The position numbers were made by a program, and so were the translations under genes. Under the pieces are notes generated by a model. That model worked only from the letters and a program-made list of their open reading frames with translations, was not told the origin of the DNA and did not search any database. Positions 48,946 through 63,391 of a stretch of 64,000 bases of DNA are shown here, one piece after another (position 1 is the stretch's first letter; each line of letters starts with the position of its first letter). This DNA comes from Haliotis rubra (Eukaryota), in NCBI RefSeq assembly GCF_003918875.1, contig NW_025765691.1, positions 1 through 64,000 of the forward strand, read 5' to 3'.

Positions 48946-49905
48946 CGATTTGTTGCGCCTTGTACCCCCTAAAGCCAGGAACTGTAAACATCAGCAGATC
49001 GGTACCGACCGAAATGTTGATGACGCATTCTTGAAATTGTGATCATGACTTTAAACATAAAAGATTCTTAACAAGAGTAAATCAAACTAAAAATCCTGAA
49101 ATATCTTATATATCACGTACACCAAAATCACAAGAATACGCCGCGCAATCAGGCAGAAGTCGGACATTTTGCATGGGCGATGGTGTCGTTCGAGTTACAG
49201 CGCATATCCGCATATTACATTGCCAGAAATAGACGGTTCATCTTGTCATGTATAATGACAAACATCGCACGTGGAGAAAGCATTCCTGGTCTTTCATTCG
49301 TGTGGAGACTTGGCCATATATGGTATTGGAAGCCCCGTCGTAAATGACGCGCTGATTGACATGGTGTCCTATCGCAATATTCTTTCAGCATCTGTTTCAT
49401 CTTTCGCAAGAAGAATTTTTGAACACGCGGTGTGGGTTTTTTTAATTTAAGATGTGGATCTGGATTTGAAGTGGGTGATCGATGGCCCTCCCGTTTGAAC
49501 ATTGCGCCGGGTTTGCCTGGTCCAGAATCCACCATTCACCGGCCTCCATGGTATCGCTGGAATACTGTTTGCTGAGGCGTTTAACAAAATGGACACACTC
49601 TCAAAGAGCTTGGAGATTGTGCCACACATGATCTGCAGTGGACAGTGTGTGGACAGTCAGGTTTGTTTTCAAAAATATTCCAACAATATCACAGATGGGG
49701 ACACCAGAAATTGGCGCCACACATTGCACCCATGTAGGGAATCGAACCCGGGTCTTTGGCGTGACGGGTAAACGCTTTAACCACTAGGCTACCCCACCGC
49801 CCCTAACACTGTGGGCAGGCGAAATCATGCATAGACTTCCACCTCTCGGAGTATGAACTGTAGAGAGATGCATAGGGGTGGTGGTGGTGGGGGGTGGGTT
49901 TGGTG

Positions 49906-49936
<31 letters not shown>

Positions 49937-49965
49937 GTGTTTGGGGTGTGGGTGGGGTGTGTGTG

Positions 49966-50213
49966 TGTTTAGTTTCACGCCACACTCAGCAATATTCCAG
50001 CTATATAGTCTGAATATAATCGAGTCTGGACCAGACAATCCTGTGATCAACAGCATGAGCATCGATCTGCGCAAATGGGAACCGATGACTTGTGTCAACC
50101 AATTTAGAGAGCCTGACCACCCGATCCCGTTAGTCGCCCCTTACGACACATAGTCGCCTTTTTGTGGCAAGCAGGCCTGCTGAAGACCTATTCTACCCCG
50201 GATCTTCACGGGT
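49966..50213 (-). mobile_element. SINE family B, full length, next to a (GT)n/G-rich tract (~49876-49968)
   Basis: Reverse-complement consensus including the internal 22-bp duplication. Confidence 0.9.
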
Positions 50214-50729
50214 CGGACATCGAAAGAGTTCAACCAAGCTCAAAAAATGGGAAAACTGAGAATGTGATCGGGGGATAACAACAAGTAACAGCCCGTAGAT
50301 CACCTCGCCAAAACTAAGACTCTAAAATACCAAAGCGTTCGTTCATCTGAGGTGGAATGGGGTAGCCCAACCGTTAAAGCGTTCGCTCGCCACACCAAAA
50401 CCAGTGGTTCGCTTCCCTGTTTGGATGAAGTCAGTGAATAAATTTTTTGACGTCCTCGCCATGATTTTGTTGGGATGTTGACAAAAACAGCGTAAAAAAC
50501 GTATATTCACACTCATTCATTTCTAGCATCGTCGGCACATCCGACTTCATACGCGTCCCCCATATTTAATGTCTAGAAGCTTCCGGGGCACTATTATCCC
50601 CCATTATACGAACCTATCATACTGACTGCACTCCCTGAATACCCACCAACCTGGATTACAAGCATGTAACCGAATGATAATTATTATGTCTATCCTGGCA
50701 TAAAAGCCCCAAAGCATCACAATGATCAA

Positions 50730-51091
50730 GGACCGCCTCCATGGTGTAGTGGTTAGAGCGTCCGCCCGGAGAGCGGAAGGTCGCGGGTTCGATCCCCGAC
50801 CGCGTCATACCAAAAGACGTTAAAATATGGTACTTGTTGGTCCCTGCCTGGCGCTAGGCATTAATGGGTTCAACAAGGACTGGTCGGCTCGGAGTCAGTA
50901 TAATGTGTCTGAATGGGGTATTCATGCTTCACTGCGGCATGGTACCTCAGTGAGCTAGCCCTATAAAACCAGCTTAATTCTGGGCTAGTACAAGCAGCCG
51001 CACATACACATACACACGCATGCAGGTCGTCATATGAGCGAAATATTCTCCAGCGCGACGTTAAACTCAATTTCACCTCACCTCACCTCAC
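50730..51091 (+). mobile_element. SINE family C: tRNA head plus Meta/MESC-like central domain, full length
   Basis: A box tggtgtagtgg, B box ggttcgatcc, then gtcataccaaaagacgttaaaatatggtac...tgcctggcgct..gcatta resembling the MetaSINE domain (from memory, not aligned); (CACCT)n tail; TSD acaatgatcaagg. Confidence 0.88.
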
Positions 51092-52017
51092 AATGATCAA
51101 GGTCTTCCTCATGTCTACTGCGTCACGTTTTAGCAGATTAAACATCAACAATATTCTGGTTTTATTAACGGGCCTTGGTACATCGTATCCTGATTCCAGT
51201 ATTCCTACCCCACCCCCCGTTGTGAGACAGGGTCGCGTCTCTGCCCCGTGCCCCATACCGATGAACGCGCTACCCAGGGTGATTTACATTTAAGAGAGCT
51301 GAAAGCTACGACAGTTGGACAAGAACACTATCGTCCACTGTTGTACAAACGTCCCGCCAGACAGACACGGGGGATCCTCACTGGCGGTGTCACGCTCCAT
51401 GGACGGCGGACAAGGCTCCATTTTGAACTCAATCTATGGGAACAACACAACAAATCCACATACGGCTGGATGGTATTCAGTTATTATATGCTGCATGAAA
51501 AGAAATAAGAGTGGGTCTTAAACATCAACTGTGAAACATCCCCCGTGGCGGGAGGGCACACCTCAATGCACTGCGATGTCAGCATTGAGAGTGTCACGTG
51601 ACCCGCCGTTCACAAACTTGCACAATGGCGAGGAATTATCGGTTGCGTTTTGGGCTGTGTGCCAAACGACATGCACCGGCGTGCGATAAGGCAACACTGG
51701 TTTGTGATTTTCGGCTCACTCTAGATGAAGTATTTTGATGTTTTTAACAGTGTTGTGGATGCAAACATATAAATAGTATCTGTGCCGACCCTCCGCAAAG
51801 TGAAGTATATCAGCGTAGAATGAACAAGTGACGTCAAGCGCCCCACGTGGAAGTATTTCATATTCTCAGCAATGGCGAAACGTAAGCGTATTTATCAGGC
51901 TATGTAGCGACCCAGGGTGTCAGGACACGCCACCAACCAGCGATACCAGTCACACAGTGTCACATCGCATGACCCGAAGACGTGACCAACCGACAGCCCA
52001 CACAGGCACTGTAACCA

Positions 52018-52155
52018 GGGGCGGTGGGGTAGCCTTGTGGTTAAAGCGTGCGCCCGTCACGCCGAAGACACCGGTTCGATTCCCAACATGGGTACAATGT
52101 GTGAAGCGTTTTTCTGGTGATATTGCTGGAATATTGCTAAAAGCGGCGTAAAACC
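52018..52155 (+). mobile_element. SINE family A with a short internal deletion
   Basis: Consensus head and tail. Confidence 0.85.
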
Positions 52156-52806
52156 TCCACATACCCATGGACATCTGCCTGGACAGACAGAACTCTCTCT
52201 CTCTTTCTCTCTCTCTCACACACACACACGATAGTTTCAAAATTTTGCTGTGCCTGAAAGTTACTAGCCCACAAATGAATTTAATAGCCCGAAATTTGAA
52301 TGTAGACACGGGTTTCATCATTAAGCTGCTAATATGATGAACATTTTTGATAATGCTAATTCCATCATCCACCGTAATGTAATGTCAGAGAACTTGATAC
52401 CACTACATCTCAGATCTCATCATACAACATTTCTCCCTCATCTAAGACACTAACTGAATATAATAGCTAAATAATGCCCACACATTTACCACAACGCCAT
52501 AGGTTGATGGTGTCAAACGTGGGTGGTTAGAAAACATCCCCTGGCGAAAATAGTTCTGAAAGAACTACACACTACACACATGAAAATGTCCATATTTAAA
52601 CGAAATTAGAAGCTTGGATAATTTCATGTTCGAATTTCGTGTTCTGTCAGCCAGGTACATGTAGCGTATCGCCAAAACGCTGCGCGGGACCAGGCTGTCT
52701 ACCGTGGGCTAGTTCACCTGTGTCGGCCCGCTTACTTGACTTGACGGTAGCAATGAGGGCAGAGCAAGGGTTGTACTGGTGAAACACGGATTATACACAC
52801 ACACAC

Positions 52807-52882
52807 ATGCCGGGATATACCATGACCACGCCGTGGTGCCGCCTCGCCTGGGTGGGGATACTAGCAACGATTTCTCTTACAG
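52807..52882 (+). CDS. Probable first coding exon (signal peptide) of an unidentified secreted/membrane protein; no downstream exon recognised
   Basis: MPGYTMTTPWCRLAWVGILATISLT followed by a perfect phase-1 donor CAG|gtgagt; CpG-rich upstream region. Confidence 0.55.
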
Positions 52883-54261
52883 GTGAGTTTATGTATTGCA
52901 GGTGTGAACCTCAGGTGGGTTACCTGCCTGTTTACCTGTGTTCGGTAATGGACCTCCGACGACTGTTACTCTCGTACCTCTGTCACATTCCCACCATTAA
53001 TTTACAACAAATGTACTATTTACACAAATATTTAAGAATATGTTGTACAACCTTATCAGAATCACTTAAAAACACGAACAAAAGAAATTATTTCGAAAAT
53101 AATTACGACTACAATAGCGCAGTTACTCACCATAAATCATCATTTATTGTTGTTACACTACAAGGGGCTCTCGCTATTCGTCATTACTAATAAAATGATC
53201 GCGGATAGAAAAAACACACACGTTTAAATGAAAACTATCAAGTGCCTACATAATTCTCAAACAAACATTAACCAGTTAATTATTTCTGCGATGTATAACT
53301 TCTGTAATATTAATAATTATGTTATGAAATAACAGAATGATTAAATTCTGCAATGGTGTTATGTATTCAGTTCCCGGTATTTACATTCTGCCCACAACAC
53401 AGTGAGCTGTTTGTTGGTTGACAGACCCTCGACTACACAAGGTGTTCTCAGACTCGGGTCCCACTATCAACACAACAGCTGTAGCCCGACGCGTCCCACG
53501 TGTTGGGTCACAAGGAAATAGACACATCTGGCTACATATTGCCAGTTTAATGATGATAATGAAGATGATAAAGTGATAAAGTTGCTATCTAGGACATGGA
53601 TATTTTACTCTCAAAAATATTATGACTAGCACAAGAGTGACGGGCTGCATCTGATGTACGTGGTCATAGCTGATGATTTAACACTCTGCATACATGAACC
53701 ATAACATAAGGAACAAGACAACGTGTTGGTCAGCTACTTACACTTAGCAATGAATTATTCATATTTAACGCTGAATCATTGAATCCTATTATTATTACTA
53801 TTACTAGGCAATAAGAACATAACAATAATAATCTTGATCAGACACAACATAAAAATGGACATTTCAGAACGTTGACATAAGGTTAATAATCTACCTCGTC
53901 TTATCCAGTATACCGACTCGTCAGATTTGATGTAACGTTGCTTTAAATGATTAAACAAGTAGTTTGTAACGAGTATGAATCAACGTTGCTGTAAAGTTGA
54001 AACTAAGGAATGATATCATACATTTTCAAAATACATAGGCCGCCTTGTGTGGTGATTAATCCAGTTCGATATTCGAGTTGACGTTAGATATATTTGCAAC
54101 TTTCTTCACTCGCTCGACGTCACTGTACCTCGATGGAGTGCATAGTTGCTCACATCACAGGATTGTCTGGTTTAGACTCGATGATACACCTGATTCAGCT
54201 GGAATATGTAGATATTCTGAAACAACTCGCACAGCACACTACCTCAGCCTCTAGCGCCATC

Positions 54262-54488
54262 TGGGAGGGTGGGGTAGTCTAGTCGGTAAAGCGTTCGCTC
54301 ATCACGCCGAAGACCCGGGTTTGATTCCCCACATAGGTGTAATGTGTGATGCCCATTTCTGGTGTCCCCCGCCGTGATATTGCTGGAATATTGCTAAAAG
54401 CGGCGTAAAACACAACTCACTCACTCTGGTGTCCCCCGCCGTGATAATGCTTGAATATTGCTAAAAGCGGCGTCAAACTAAACTCACT
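54262..54488 (+). mobile_element. SINE family A with duplicated 3' half
   Basis: tctggtgtcccccgccgtgat...tail occurs twice in tandem. Confidence 0.88.
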
Positions 54489-54959
54489 AACTCTCTAGTG
54501 CCACCCCCCATCCCCAAGGCATGTTTAAAATACAGACACATATATGTGACAAATGAAATCACTGAGCCCGTGATGTTTGTGTTCTCTGATGTGATGATGT
54601 ATATGTTGTGACACACGTCGCTGCAGAACCTAGTTGTCCCCGACCCCCACGTCATGTTGACTATAGGTAGGTCTACATCGCAGCCTAATTGTAATGGATG
54701 GCCACATTCAAATGACACACAAGAATTACTCTTAGGTTCAGGGAATCGTACATTGCCGAAAATGCCAAATTTTGGAGTCCCCACTGTGCAATATTGCTAA
54801 ACTGAGTGTGACATTATAAATGTACGCACCCATTCATCAAGTGAAAAACTAAGACATTTAAAAATATGTATATCTTATTGGATTGGGCTGCCCTCTCTTA
54901 CTGACGATTAACTGATTAAAGATTCGCTATCCATTCCACTATCATCACCTTCAGTCCAT

Positions 54960-55715
54960 ACCCATCCCCTTCCCAGCTCTTGCAGCCTATGCCCATCCCC
55001 TTCTCAGCTCTTGCAGCCTATACTCATCACCTTCTCAGCTCTTGCAGCCTATACTCATCACCTTCTCAGCCCTTGCAGCCTATACTCATCACCTTCTCAA
55101 CCCTTGCAGCCTATACTCATCACCTTCTCAACCCTTGCAGCCTATACTCATCACCTTCTCAACCCTTGCAGCCCTCATCACTCATCACTCATCTTCTCAG
55201 CTCTTGCAGCCTATACTCATCACCTTCCTCACCCTCTGCAGCCTATACTCATCACCTTCTCAGCTCTTGCAGCCTATACTCATCACCTTCTCAACACTTG
55301 CAGCCTATACTCATCACCTTCTCAACTCTTGCAGCCTATACTCATCACCTTCTCAACCCTTGCAGCCTATACTCATCACCTTCTCAACCCTTGCAGCCTT
55401 CATCACCTTCTCAACCCTTGCAGCCTATACTCATCACCTTCTCAACCCTTGCAGCCTATACTCATCACCTTCTCAACTCTTGCAGCCTATACTCATCACC
55501 TTCTCAACCCTTGCAGCCTATACTCATCACCTTCTCAACCCTTGCAGCCTATACTCATCACCTTCTCAGCTCTTGCAGCCTATACTCATCACCTTCTCTC
55601 AACCCTAGCAGCCTATACTCATCACCTTCTCAGCTCTTGCAGCCTATACTCATCATCTTCTCTACCCTAGCAGCCTATACTCATCACCTTTTCAGCTCTT
55701 GCAGCCTATACTTAC
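54960..55715. repeat. 31-bp minisatellite, ~24 copies
   Basis: Unit cttgcagcctatactcatcaccttctca(a/g)(c/t)c. Confidence 0.96.
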
Positions 55716-56709
55716 CCTATTCTTACATAACAGCCAACACACATCCCTTTTGATCTCTTCCGTGTATTGAATGTTCTGCAATAACATTGTTTAATCTTGA
55801 CATAAATTTAATGCTGTCACTTTATTTTGGCCAAAATCTGGTGAAAGGGCGTGCGTTAACATGCCCAATGATGTGCTTAAATAACATCTCCCGAACAAAT
55901 GGTCACATCAAATATAAAGGCTGGTAAAAACTGCATTCCAGTTAACACACAACTACTACATACACCTACTGCCTACACTTAGGGAGACGACACGGTACAA
56001 CAAAGACCCTGTTGTAATTATATATATAGTTTAACCTGATTCCTTGCATCGCGCGCCAGTTAAGCGAGCAGCTAAAATCAGACGCTGAACCTGAGACTAA
56101 TTCTATTTATTCAACACCCCGTACAGATCTGGCCGTGATGTAAAATTAAATGTCCTTTTCATGTGCACATGAATCAAACAATGACGCTCGCCCGGCGTAG
56201 CGAGTCTTAAAGTATCTCCCAGCTGTCACTTACAATGAAAAGTAGTTCTGCTTGCTCTTCCGTCAACGTGACAATAGCGTGACAGTTGAGCATGTCCATA
56301 GCTCGTGCACACGGCAATGGGCGGGACAAGATGGGCTGACAGGCAACCCGTGATGCTAATCCTATATATCAACTTGGACCAATATTTGTATTACTAATAA
56401 CATTGTCAATGTGTCGTGAGCCCTGTCACTGTTCCTATACGTATGTAACATATGCACATAGTCGGAAATAGCAACAATTACCACTTAGACAGCATAGGTT
56501 GGCCATGTCGTTAGTGCGCTCGCTCGCTCGTGTACGACCCTAGTTCTAATCCCAACATGGAAACCGATATGATTGTAATATTCATCGCTTGTTCCATGCC
56601 GTATAATTTATGAAATTATGGAAATGAACATAAGAAAATAGCTTTGGGTATCGCTAATATGTCGTCCTAGATGTACAACTTTTGTGTCAAGCCGCGTTTT
56701 TGTGGTATG

Positions 56710-56768
56710 ATATCAGTCTATCGATCAGTCTATCGATCAGTCTAACGATCAGTCTATCGATCAGTCTA
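56710..56768. repeat. 12-bp tandem repeat (gatcagtctatc)x5
   Basis: Direct observation. Confidence 0.9.
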
Positions 56769-56784
56769 GCAACATATGATAAAC

Positions 56785-57245
56785 ATGCGGATAAAGTAAA
56801 TAGACACATTTCTAACAACCCTGGATGCGCTTGTGGATACCACAATGAAGATACTGTTCATCTTTTTACATGTAAGTTATACACTGCTATTAGAAATAAT
56901 ACCTACGTCTATGTAAATGGCCACAATCTCCAAACTGTGTTATACGGAATACCTCCGGCAAACAACAACGTCAATAAGAACATAATAGAGTCCCTGCATC
57001 AATATATCTTTAAGTCTAAACGATTTGACAAATTATACTAACAATTATATGCAATCAATTAATGAAGTGTAGCTGCAGGCTCAATGTTTATAAGCACCTA
57101 CAACGCACATATATGATTTAATTTGTCGGTTTTTGTATCTTGTGTATTTTGTTTTAATGATATATGTACTGGTGAGGTATTGATATAAGCAGAGTTCTGC
57201 TTGTTTACCAAACCAGATTCTCTAGGAATAAAAATATGTTTAAAC
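56785..57245 (+). mobile_element. 5'-truncated CR1/L2-group LINE 3' end
   Basis: ORF2 C-terminal-like PGCACGYHNEDTVH..TCKLY..IR...LYG...YI.KSKRF; 3' UTR ending aataaaaatatgtttaaac; TSD catatgataaac. Confidence 0.82.
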
Positions 57246-57877
57246 CATATGATAAACCAACCAGAAACTAAATAGTCTCATTTTTACACAGAAACTGTTA
57301 CATATATTACTTATGACAGATTGACGCGGTGTGTTAGAATCGGTGTTCTATAACCTTAGTCTCAGTACAGATAAGGTGAAGACCCAGATGTAATATTGGC
57401 AACAGAAGGCGTGCCTTGTCCCGCTATCTTAACTCTGATACTCGTTAAAGTAGGTTTTAGAAAGTCTTTGAAAATATCTACTTGAAATTTCCATAACCCG
57501 TTAACTAAAATTTCTGCGAGGCCGTATGTACCACCAGCCCATTAAACTGTTTACCACAACACAGCAAACGTGGTATACAAATATCAATATTGACACATAC
57601 TCTCCTCACGTCTGTAATCCCTCTTGACCGGCGCTGCCCACGTTGAGAGTGGTTTCATTAAACCTCATTAGAGCGATCTGTGGCTTGACCACTGGGTAGT
57701 ACCGGGTGGGCGGAGGGGTCACCGCTTATCTTTGATCCTGGTCACAGACAAGACACCTTCTTTGTTCTGGACAAACATACCCGTCTTTGTTGGTACGGCG
57801 AGGCGTCATTGAAGTTGAGAGACACTTGACGTTAGGATCAGCGTGCCCCTCCCCCTTCCTGTAATTGTAACACCCCA

Positions 57878-58010
57878 GTCCGTCTCCTGGTACCGCATGT
57901 CCGTCTCCTGGTACCGCATGTCCGTCTCCTGGTACCGCATGTCCGTCTCCTGGTACCGCATGTCCGTCTCCCGGTACCGCATGTCCGTCTCCTGGTACCG
58001 CATGTCCGTC
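57878..58010. repeat. 21-bp minisatellite x6
   Basis: Unit gtccgtctcctggtaccgcat. Confidence 0.95.
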
Positions 58011-58504
58011 AGCCAGTTGGAATCCAAGGTCACCCTATACTGTGTGATTGACCACAGCATAATCACTCCGAACAGACCATTCCTTGTTTTCCCCCAAAAT
58101 GGTGGACGCCAGGCAAGGCAACAACAAGTGCCATTTTGTTTACTCCGGTTAGACTGATTCCACTTGACCATGGAACTGGTCAGGTCATCTCAGATTAATA
58201 TTTTATAGACGAACATGATCACTGGCTTGCGTCTGCATGGTAATTCTTTTAAGATCGCCAACAAGCTTAGTCAAACAGTTGCTTTTATATGAACCTGACT
58301 GTGTTACATGCAAGAGGTGACGTCATGAACGGTATATTATCTCTATTTGATGAACTTATTCGAACCTGACTGAAATAAAAGCGAAATCCAAAAGAATAAC
58401 TAATTTCGAAATTCACTCAATTCCACTTCACTAATTTCAATATCCACTCATTTCCAACCCATAACTAACTCTGAAAATCGCAAGCAAACCCAGCTCTCGT
58501 CTAC

Positions 58505-58730
58505 TTACTTCAGACCCATGCTTGTCGTAAGAGGCGACTAATGGGATCGGGTGGTCAGACTCGCTGACTTGGTTGACGCATTTCGTCGTAGGTCGATGAT
58601 CATGATGTTGATCACTGGATTATCTGGTCCAGGATCGATTATTTACAGACAGCCTCCAAATAGCTCGAATATTGCTGAGTGCGGCGTTAAACAACACAAC
58701 CAACCAACCAACCAACCAACCAACCAGCCA
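58505..58730 (+). mobile_element. SINE family B, 5'-truncated, (CAAC)n tail
   Basis: Core cttgtcgtaagaggcgacta and family tail. Confidence 0.85.
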
Positions 58731-59149
58731 CCAACTTGCTTCAGCATCAAAGCACATTAATGGTGCTCGAGTCAAGCGTTTTATTTCTCTAAACGCTAAT
58801 TCGGGACTACCCATGTAATCTTATAATTTATTGATAAATATTGTATTAGCCCATAAACTTGATTATACCTATGAAACAATTTCTGGTTGTAATAAATGCC
58901 TCGGTGCGTATGTTCAAGTGCTGCACGGGCAGCTTATGTTGTACGTCAACACCTCAACACATAAACACGATATAAGCAGCCAGTGATGTTGCCTATCAAC
59001 ACAGTCCTGAACATTGGTGTAAAATACCTTAGTAATCCATATGATCTCAGCTGAACCTGTCGGGCACTCTGTTGACCTCGTAACAGTTTAACACCTCTGG
59101 GATAAAAGCGAGCATCGGCCACAGAATCTCCAGAAGACAGGAAATTCCC

Positions 59150-59895
59150 GTACACGTCTGTAACCCATCAGACCACTGTAGCAATACTATTTGATTAGTA
59201 TTAAGGTAGATAGTATATAAACTCCGGTCAGGAAATCCCCTTACCCGTTACATTAGATCTGTATGACAATACAATTCGATTAGTATCAAGGTGAGTAGTA
59301 TATAAACTCCAGACAGGAAATCCCATAGCCCGTTACATTTTGTCAGTGTGACAATACTACTCGATTAGTATCAAGGTGAGTAGTATATAATCAACAGACG
59401 GGAAATACTGTAACCCATATCATTTTGACAACATGTTACACTTACACTTAATTAGCACGATTAGTATCAAGGTGGACAGTATATTAACTCCAGACAGGAA
59501 ATCCCATAGCCCGTAAATTCCATTAGATCAGTGTGACAATACTACTCAATTAGTATCAAGGTGGATGGTATATGAACTCCAGACAGGAAATCCCATAGCC
59601 CGTTACATTAGATCAGGGTGACAATACTACTCAATTAGTATCAAGGTGGATAGTCTAAACTCCAGACGGGAAATACTGTAACCCATGTCATCTTGACAAC
59701 ATGTGATACTACCACTTAATTAGCATGATTAGTGTCAAGGTAGATAGTATATAAACTCCAGACAGGAAATCCCATAGCCCGTTCCATTAGATCTGTGTGA
59801 CAATACTACTTGATTAGTATCAAGGTGAGTAGTATATAAACTCCAGACGGGAAATACTGAATCTATTTCATTCGACTCGTGTGACAATACTACTT
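59150..59895. repeat. ~85-bp tandem repeat, ~9 units, with higher-order structure
   Basis: caatactac...attagtatcaaggt...agtatataaactccagac.ggaaat recurs at 59182, 59267, 59352, ~59450, 59537, 59622, ~59715 and 59801. Confidence 0.9.
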
Positions 59896-60582
59896 GACAA
59901 GTGGTATTATGAATGAAGGATATTGGTAGCTAATGACCCGCGGGTCAAATTACATACACACCTGTGTGATGCAGGTTCCTGTGTTGTGGATCGACATAGC
60001 CTTGCTCCAAGGCTGTACTGAATGCTAAGCCCGTGTATAGTAATTCTATCCTTTAAAGAGGCAAGTCTAGATAAGCGGACAGTAAGGACGCTATTCTGTC
60101 ATCTGTATTTGTTTTACAACTTTTCATTGAATCTATAAATGATTACCTTAAAGATTTGTGCAAGTCTAGGGTCGGTATTATGTGCCGGTTACTAAGGAGC
60201 AGGGAGTGGGATGTACCTGGCTGTGTGTGGCGGGGACACCGTGTTCTGTGAGCTCACAAAGGCCCAGCCTCGGTAACTATATATCGGACATGTCCATAAA
60301 CTGCTTGTAATTGTTGTCGGTCTTGGATTTCCGCTAAACCTTGCCAAGGGTTTATCTGTCCCTGGACAAACGATGTAGGAAATTGAGAACACCTCTGAAC
60401 CTTAGACATAAAACAAATGTCGGGAGGTCTGCATTAATTATATATTGTTAGTCATGATATTATCGGAAACATTTCCATCGTAATCCCCTCCACGGAACGG
60501 TGAACTGGTAAACCGATAACTCCAGGGTAAACGTTCTACCTCAAAATATACTGAGCGAACTCGACAAAGAGGCTGTTCGGCA

Positions 60583-60816
60583 TTGGTTTGGTTGTTGTTT
60601 AACGCCACTCAGCAATATTCCAGCTATATGTCGGCGGTCAATAATCGAGTCTGGACAAGACAATCCAGTGATCAACATCATGAACATCGATCTACACAAT
60701 ATGGATACGATGACGTGTCAACCAAGTCAGTGAGCCTGACCCCTGATCCCGTTAGTCGCTTCTTACGACAAGCATGGGTTGCTGAAGACAATTTCTAACC
60801 CGGATCTTCACGGGTT
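60583..60816 (-). mobile_element. SINE family B, full length
   Basis: TSD ctgttcg(g/a)cattg. Confidence 0.9.
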
Positions 60817-63391
60817 CTGTTCGACATTGATTACTTAATGTTTTATTCTCGTGTGAGAGTAACACACTAAAACTTTGATACGTGTTTTATTACTTGGTTT
60901 GGTTCAGTGTGGCTGCAATATCACTCTGAAGTGAGTACAATTATCAACCAGCCCTTCTGGTAGAACCTAAGTCACGTTACAGGCAACAACGTCCATCTTA
61001 TGCTGATCACTCCCAAATTACGTTGAATCGATATTTAAGATGTCGATGGTTTATATTACCGCTGCGGAGACGTAGCACCGCGAACGGCTACACAACTACT
61101 ACGAACTGAGAAACGTCGTTATCCAGCTCATTACAATAGGGTAAAAACAACCCCCGCTTTACACAGCCTACTCAGTTAATGAGAAACTCTGAGAAAATAC
61201 AACCAGGCACGCAAAACATCCCAACTACTTTACCGTAAAGTCGATTACGCTTTCATTTCTTTTGTCGGATCCTCACAAACGTATTTTAATGAACAGGTGA
61301 AGTGAACATCTCGCCAATCTAGATATCACCTGTCTGTTGAGCGCTGTAACTTACAAGCAACGTATACCGTGACTCCTCGTAACAACATGGCGTAATGCCG
61401 CCGACCGCCTTGGGCGTTGTACATTCTGCTCCGCTTTATTCGAGCATATTTAAGTGACGTTAATTGTTCTGGAATAGGAATTTTACAGCACTCGCGATCC
61501 GGAAAAGTTTCATGTCTTCCATGACTTAAAAGAGAAAACGCTGATACGTCATTGTGGAAAGGGGCGGTTCATTGTGATTTTACAATTTACATTAAACTGT
61601 AATTTTGTTGAATATATATCATCAAATTTGGAACTAATACTGTTTATTTTTAGATTAATTTAACGAACGTATAAGTATAATAATAATAATACACTTCCAA
61701 AAGAGGATTGGGGTTAAGAGTACCACACACTGAGACAGACACACATAGACACTGTCAGTTAGGTTTTAACTCTTGTCTACATGGAAAATATTTCAAGTAG
61801 GCATATTTCGTTTATCACTTCACAAACGATTTATTCAACGTGCTTTCATTTCATTTTATTCTCAGCGTTATTATTGTTCTTACTTAAAGAATCAAATACA
61901 TTACGGTTGTTGAACCTTTCCAGTAGGTTTCAATACCTCCTCACCCATCAACAACACGAATAGCAGTACCTAACAATAACATATATCTCGCTTGAAGATA
62001 AGGCATTTATTTACGACCATAATGGTACTTCCTTCAGATGATATAATTGAATTGAACAAAAGTTTTCGATTCTATTAAATGGTAATAAAAATTGACCGCG
62101 TTCCCACAAGTCCCCAGCACACGGCATCAGTTGCATCAGTACATGGTCCCTCATCTGGACGATTAAGTGCGTCTCGGAACGACAAACAGCTAAAGTGGTT
62201 GTACGTTTGTAAAGACATAAAAGTGTAGTGAGAGTACCTGCATGTAGCCTTGCGGTGTCCCAGTGACCTCGGTTACATCCTCTATTGTCAGGTGCCTGCC
62301 AGGGCAAGACTTAGCCAATACTGCAATTCCCGGAACACACTGCACCTGCCAATCAAGGAATTCCTGTTCAGCTAAGCCCATTTGAAACCAGCCGTGCAAG
62401 AAAGTGAATGATTTTGAGGAATTTCAGGCGCATAGTTATGTTGGTTATCTTTACGAATGACAAACAACGCAAAATGTGCATTGTCGACATACCTGTTTGA
62501 ACACGCGAAGTTTGATTCGCCCCAGACTTTATGAAACACGTGATTTGAATTAAATCCTTGAGACAATGTCGCGTTATATAGATGTCCGTATATAGACACT
62601 TAACTTGTAACCTCCATCCCCCCTACATAGATTCCAAGTTAAATGGGTCCCCTACAACTTATGCTGGACGTAAGAGGCGACTTTACTGAGCAAATAGTGC
62701 CGCTTACCTCGAACAGTAATAGATCTACAAGAATGACCTCTACGAGCCCTCTCGGGGACAGTTTGGCCATCATCCTGTTTCAGCTTTTCAAATATGACTG
62801 GTTATGTTAATTTATAGCAAATGGCGTGGTAAGAATCTAGACCCTTCTTCTCTTTGGGCTTCCTTCCACATAAGGTGCTCCGCCATTATCCTTGATATTT
62901 CTTTCAAAAGGTGTTAATTCCATGTCATTCACTCAATAATTAAAAAGAAATATTTCGTTTTCGTGTTAGTTTTTCTTACTAATCAAAAACTTTTCAATTG
63001 ATATTTTCATTAAAAAACAAACATAGCGCTCTGAGGTTCGCGCTCTGTTCATAATCCATCAGGGTTGTAGGTATATTTGGTGACGCCATTCTTCCATCAC
63101 AGTAGGTCAAATGTCAGATATTAAGATGCTGCAGTTGTCTGTGAAGCACGTATGTAAATACCTGGTCGCCACCCTGATACCCGTCAGTGGCTCTGTGTCG
63201 GACAGGAAGGGGGATTGTCGCATGCCTGTTAATACCCCCAGATACACAACACGTGACCGGTAGAGGCAGGTGAAATACCATGGCTTAATCGTGTAATTAC
63301 TTACCAGGGACCACTCCGCGCATATCCCAACAACCGGGGTTTATGCTGACTGTTTCACTCTTCAAACCGATGGCACCTTACCATAAGAGAA

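Noticed and set aside
49215-49535. 106-aa minus ORF considered as the PIG-Y N-terminus or another gene
   Set aside because: Starts within a SINE B remnant; no TM helix or recognisable motif.
54980-55753. Three long overlapping ORFs (257, 219 and 188 aa)
   Set aside because: Translation of a stop-free 31-bp minisatellite; the same peptide cycles through all frames.
57806-58171. ORFs with TDMRYQE / SVSWYRM repeats
   Set aside because: Product of a 21-bp minisatellite, open on both strands by chance.
62011-62599. Chain of three overlapping minus-strand ORFs
   Set aside because: No recognisable domain or consistent splice signals.
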